This document shows positions 30,835 through 32,000 of a stretch of DNA of 32,000 nt, in pieces (the first letter of the stretch is position 1; each line of letters begins with the position of its first letter). The position numbers and the translations under genes were made by a program. The stretch is from NCBI RefSeq assembly GCF_016127575.1, contig NZ_CP066018.1:1920001-1952000 (forward strand), in the 5' to 3' direction. The notes below the pieces were generated by a model that worked only from the letters and a program-made list of their open reading frames with translations, made no database searches and was not told the DNA's origin. This DNA is from Cupriavidus necator (GTDB taxonomy: Bacteria > Pseudomonadota > Gammaproteobacteria > Burkholderiales > Burkholderiaceae).

Positions 30835-31917
30835 TTACGACTCTTCGCCAAGTGCAGCAAGCTGATCAGCCTGGTGTTCCGAAGCCAGTGCCGACAGCAG
30901 CTCATCCATGTCGCCGTCCATGATCATGTCGATCTTGTACAGCGTCAGGTTGATGCGGTGGTCGGTCACGCGCCCCTGCGGGAAGTTGTAGGTGCGGATG
31001 CGGTCGCTGCGGTCGCCCGAGCCGATCAGGTTGCGCCGCGTGCTGGCCTCCTTCGCCTGGGCGGCGCGCGTCTGCATGTCCTTGATGCGGGCCGCCAGCA
31101 CCTTCATCGCCTTGTCCTTGTTGCGGTGCTGGCTGCGGTCGTCCTGGCACTCGACCACGATGCCGGTCGGCAGGTGGGTCAGGCGCACCGCGGAATCGGT
31201 CTTGTTGACGTGCTGCCCGCCAGCGCCCGAGGCGCGGAAGGTGTCGATGCGCAGGTCAGCCGGGTTGATCTCGACCTCGCCCACTTCATCGGCTTCGGGC
31301 ATCACCGCGACCGTGCAGGCCGAGGTGTGGATGCGCCCCTGTGCCTCGGTCGCCGGGACGCGCTGCACGCGGTGGCCGCCGGATTCGAACTTCAGCCTGG
31401 AGAATGCCGCATCGCCGGCGATGCGCACGATCACTTCCTTGTAGCCGCCCAGGTCCGATGCCGATTCGCTCATCACTTCGACCTGCCAGCGCTGGCGTTC
31501 GGCATAGCGCGTGTACATGCGCAGCAGGTCGCCGGCGAACAGCGCGCTTTCCTCGCCGCCGGTGCCGGCGCGGATTTCCAGCAGCAGGTTGCGGTCGTCG
31601 TTCGGGTCCTTGGGCAGCAGCAGGCGCTGCAGGCTCGCTTCCAGGCCTTCCAGCCGCGCGCGCGCGCTGGCGATCTCGTCGGCGGCAAAGTCCTTCATCT
31701 CCGGATCGTCCAGCAGCGCCTGCGCGGTGGCCAGGTCGTCCTGCGCCTGGCGGTACTGGCCGTACTGCTCGGCCACCGGCGACAACTCGGCATGTTCGCG
31801 GCTGAGCTTGCGGTACTGGTCGATCTTCGCGGTCGCGTCTTCGCGCGCGAGCAGGGCGTTGACTTCATCGAGTCGCTCGGCCAGTTGGTCGAGCTTGGCA
31901 AGCATGCTGGCTTTCAT
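30835..31917 (-). CDS. prfA: Peptide chain release factor 1
   Basis: 360 aa. RF1 PAT tripeptide (VQRVPATE) and GGQ motif ([16 protein letters not shown]). Confidence 0.95.
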   Translation of the reverse strand: MKASMLAKLDQLAERLDEVNALLAREDATAKIDQYRKLSREHAELSPVAEQYGQYRQAQDDLATAQALLDDPEMKDFAADEIASARARLEGLEASLQRLLLPKDPNDDRNLLLEIRAGTGGEESALFAGDLLRMYTRYAERQRWQVEVMSESASDLGGYKEVIVRIAGDAAFSRLKFESGGHRVQRVPATEAQGRIHTSACTVAVMPEADEVGEVEINPADLRIDTFRASGAGGQHVNKTDSAVRLTHLPTGIVVECQDDRSQHRNKDKAMKVLAARIKDMQTRAAQAKEASTRRNLIGSGDRSDRIRTYNFPQGRVTDHRINLTLYKIDMIMDGDMDELLSALASEHQADQLAALGEES

Positions 31918-32000
31918 CGGGTGCGGGGGAAAGAGGTGGGCCAGGGGCCGGGGCTACCCGCGGGCGGGTGGCGGCGTGCCGGCGCGGCAGGGCGCGCGCG
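31914..32000 (-). CDS. 3' end of an upstream gene (possibly glutamyl-tRNA reductase) overlapping the prfA start
   Basis: The minus frame is open from 32000 down to TGA at 31914-31916, which overlaps the prfA ATG (ATGA). hemA-prfA-prmC order is classical in proteobacteria. Only 28 Pro/Ala/Arg-rich codons are visible, so identity cannot be verified. Confidence 0.3.
   Translation of the reverse strand, partial: RARPAAPARRHPPAGSPGPWPTSFPRTR

Noticed and set aside
1-32000. Search for mobile elements, integrases, tRNA/rRNA genes, CRISPR arrays, toxin-antitoxin pairs or known defence-system gene architectures
   Set aside because: No ORF has transposase, integrase, recombinase, nuclease-helicase or Cas-like motifs. 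There are no terminal inverted repeats flanking a cassette, no cloverleaf-like tRNA candidates in the intergenic regions, and no spaced direct-repeat arrays. The only possibly foreign segment is the small islet at 6559-6934.

Overview
High-GC chromosomal window. GC content, a Bug/TctC-type solute receptor and hemA-prfA-prmC-grxD-ubiX-like synteny suggest Burkholderiaceae, probably Cupriavidus/Ralstonia. I support about 30 protein genes. I found no rRNA, tRNA, CRISPR array, transposase or integrase. Left to right: (1) a minus-strand operon of two tandem amidohydrolase-2 paralogues followed by a UbiD-family decarboxylase that runs off the left edge; (2) an orphan GH114 lipoprotein; (3) a Zn-ribbon mini-protein with a natural His6 C-terminus followed by a YgjP/DUF45 HExxH hydrolase; (4) ettA; (5) an A/T-richer islet with a 7-bp tandem repeat and a possible RHH mini-ORF; (6) a membrane metallophosphoesterase; (7) a 798-aa secreted modular repeat protein of unknown function; (8) a tripartite RND efflux operon (adaptor, pump, outer-membrane factor); (9) an inverted REP-like pair; (10) an HxlR-MATE operon; (11) LysR with a divergent acyl-CoA ligase and Bug receptor; (12) a secreted hypothetical protein; (13) an Lrp-controlled lysine-catabolism locus (DapB-like paralogue, saccharopine-dehydrogenase-family enzyme, ALDH7/P6C dehydrogenase); (14) a Tyr/Gly-rich mini-lipoprotein; (15) ubiX, grxD, prmC, an Ala-rich lipoprotein, prfA and probably the hemA 3' end. 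Nothing resembles a known defence or mobile system. The most unusual items are the amidohydrolase pair plus UbiD operon, the 798-aa repeat protein, the His6 mini-protein plus YgjP pair, and the DapB paralogue lacking the catalytic His-His. Many track ORFs carry spurious 5' extensions, so I re-placed those starts using RBS, overlap and homology logic. Coding coordinates include the stop codon, as in the track. Coordinates of non-coding features were counted by hand and may be off by 1-2 nt.
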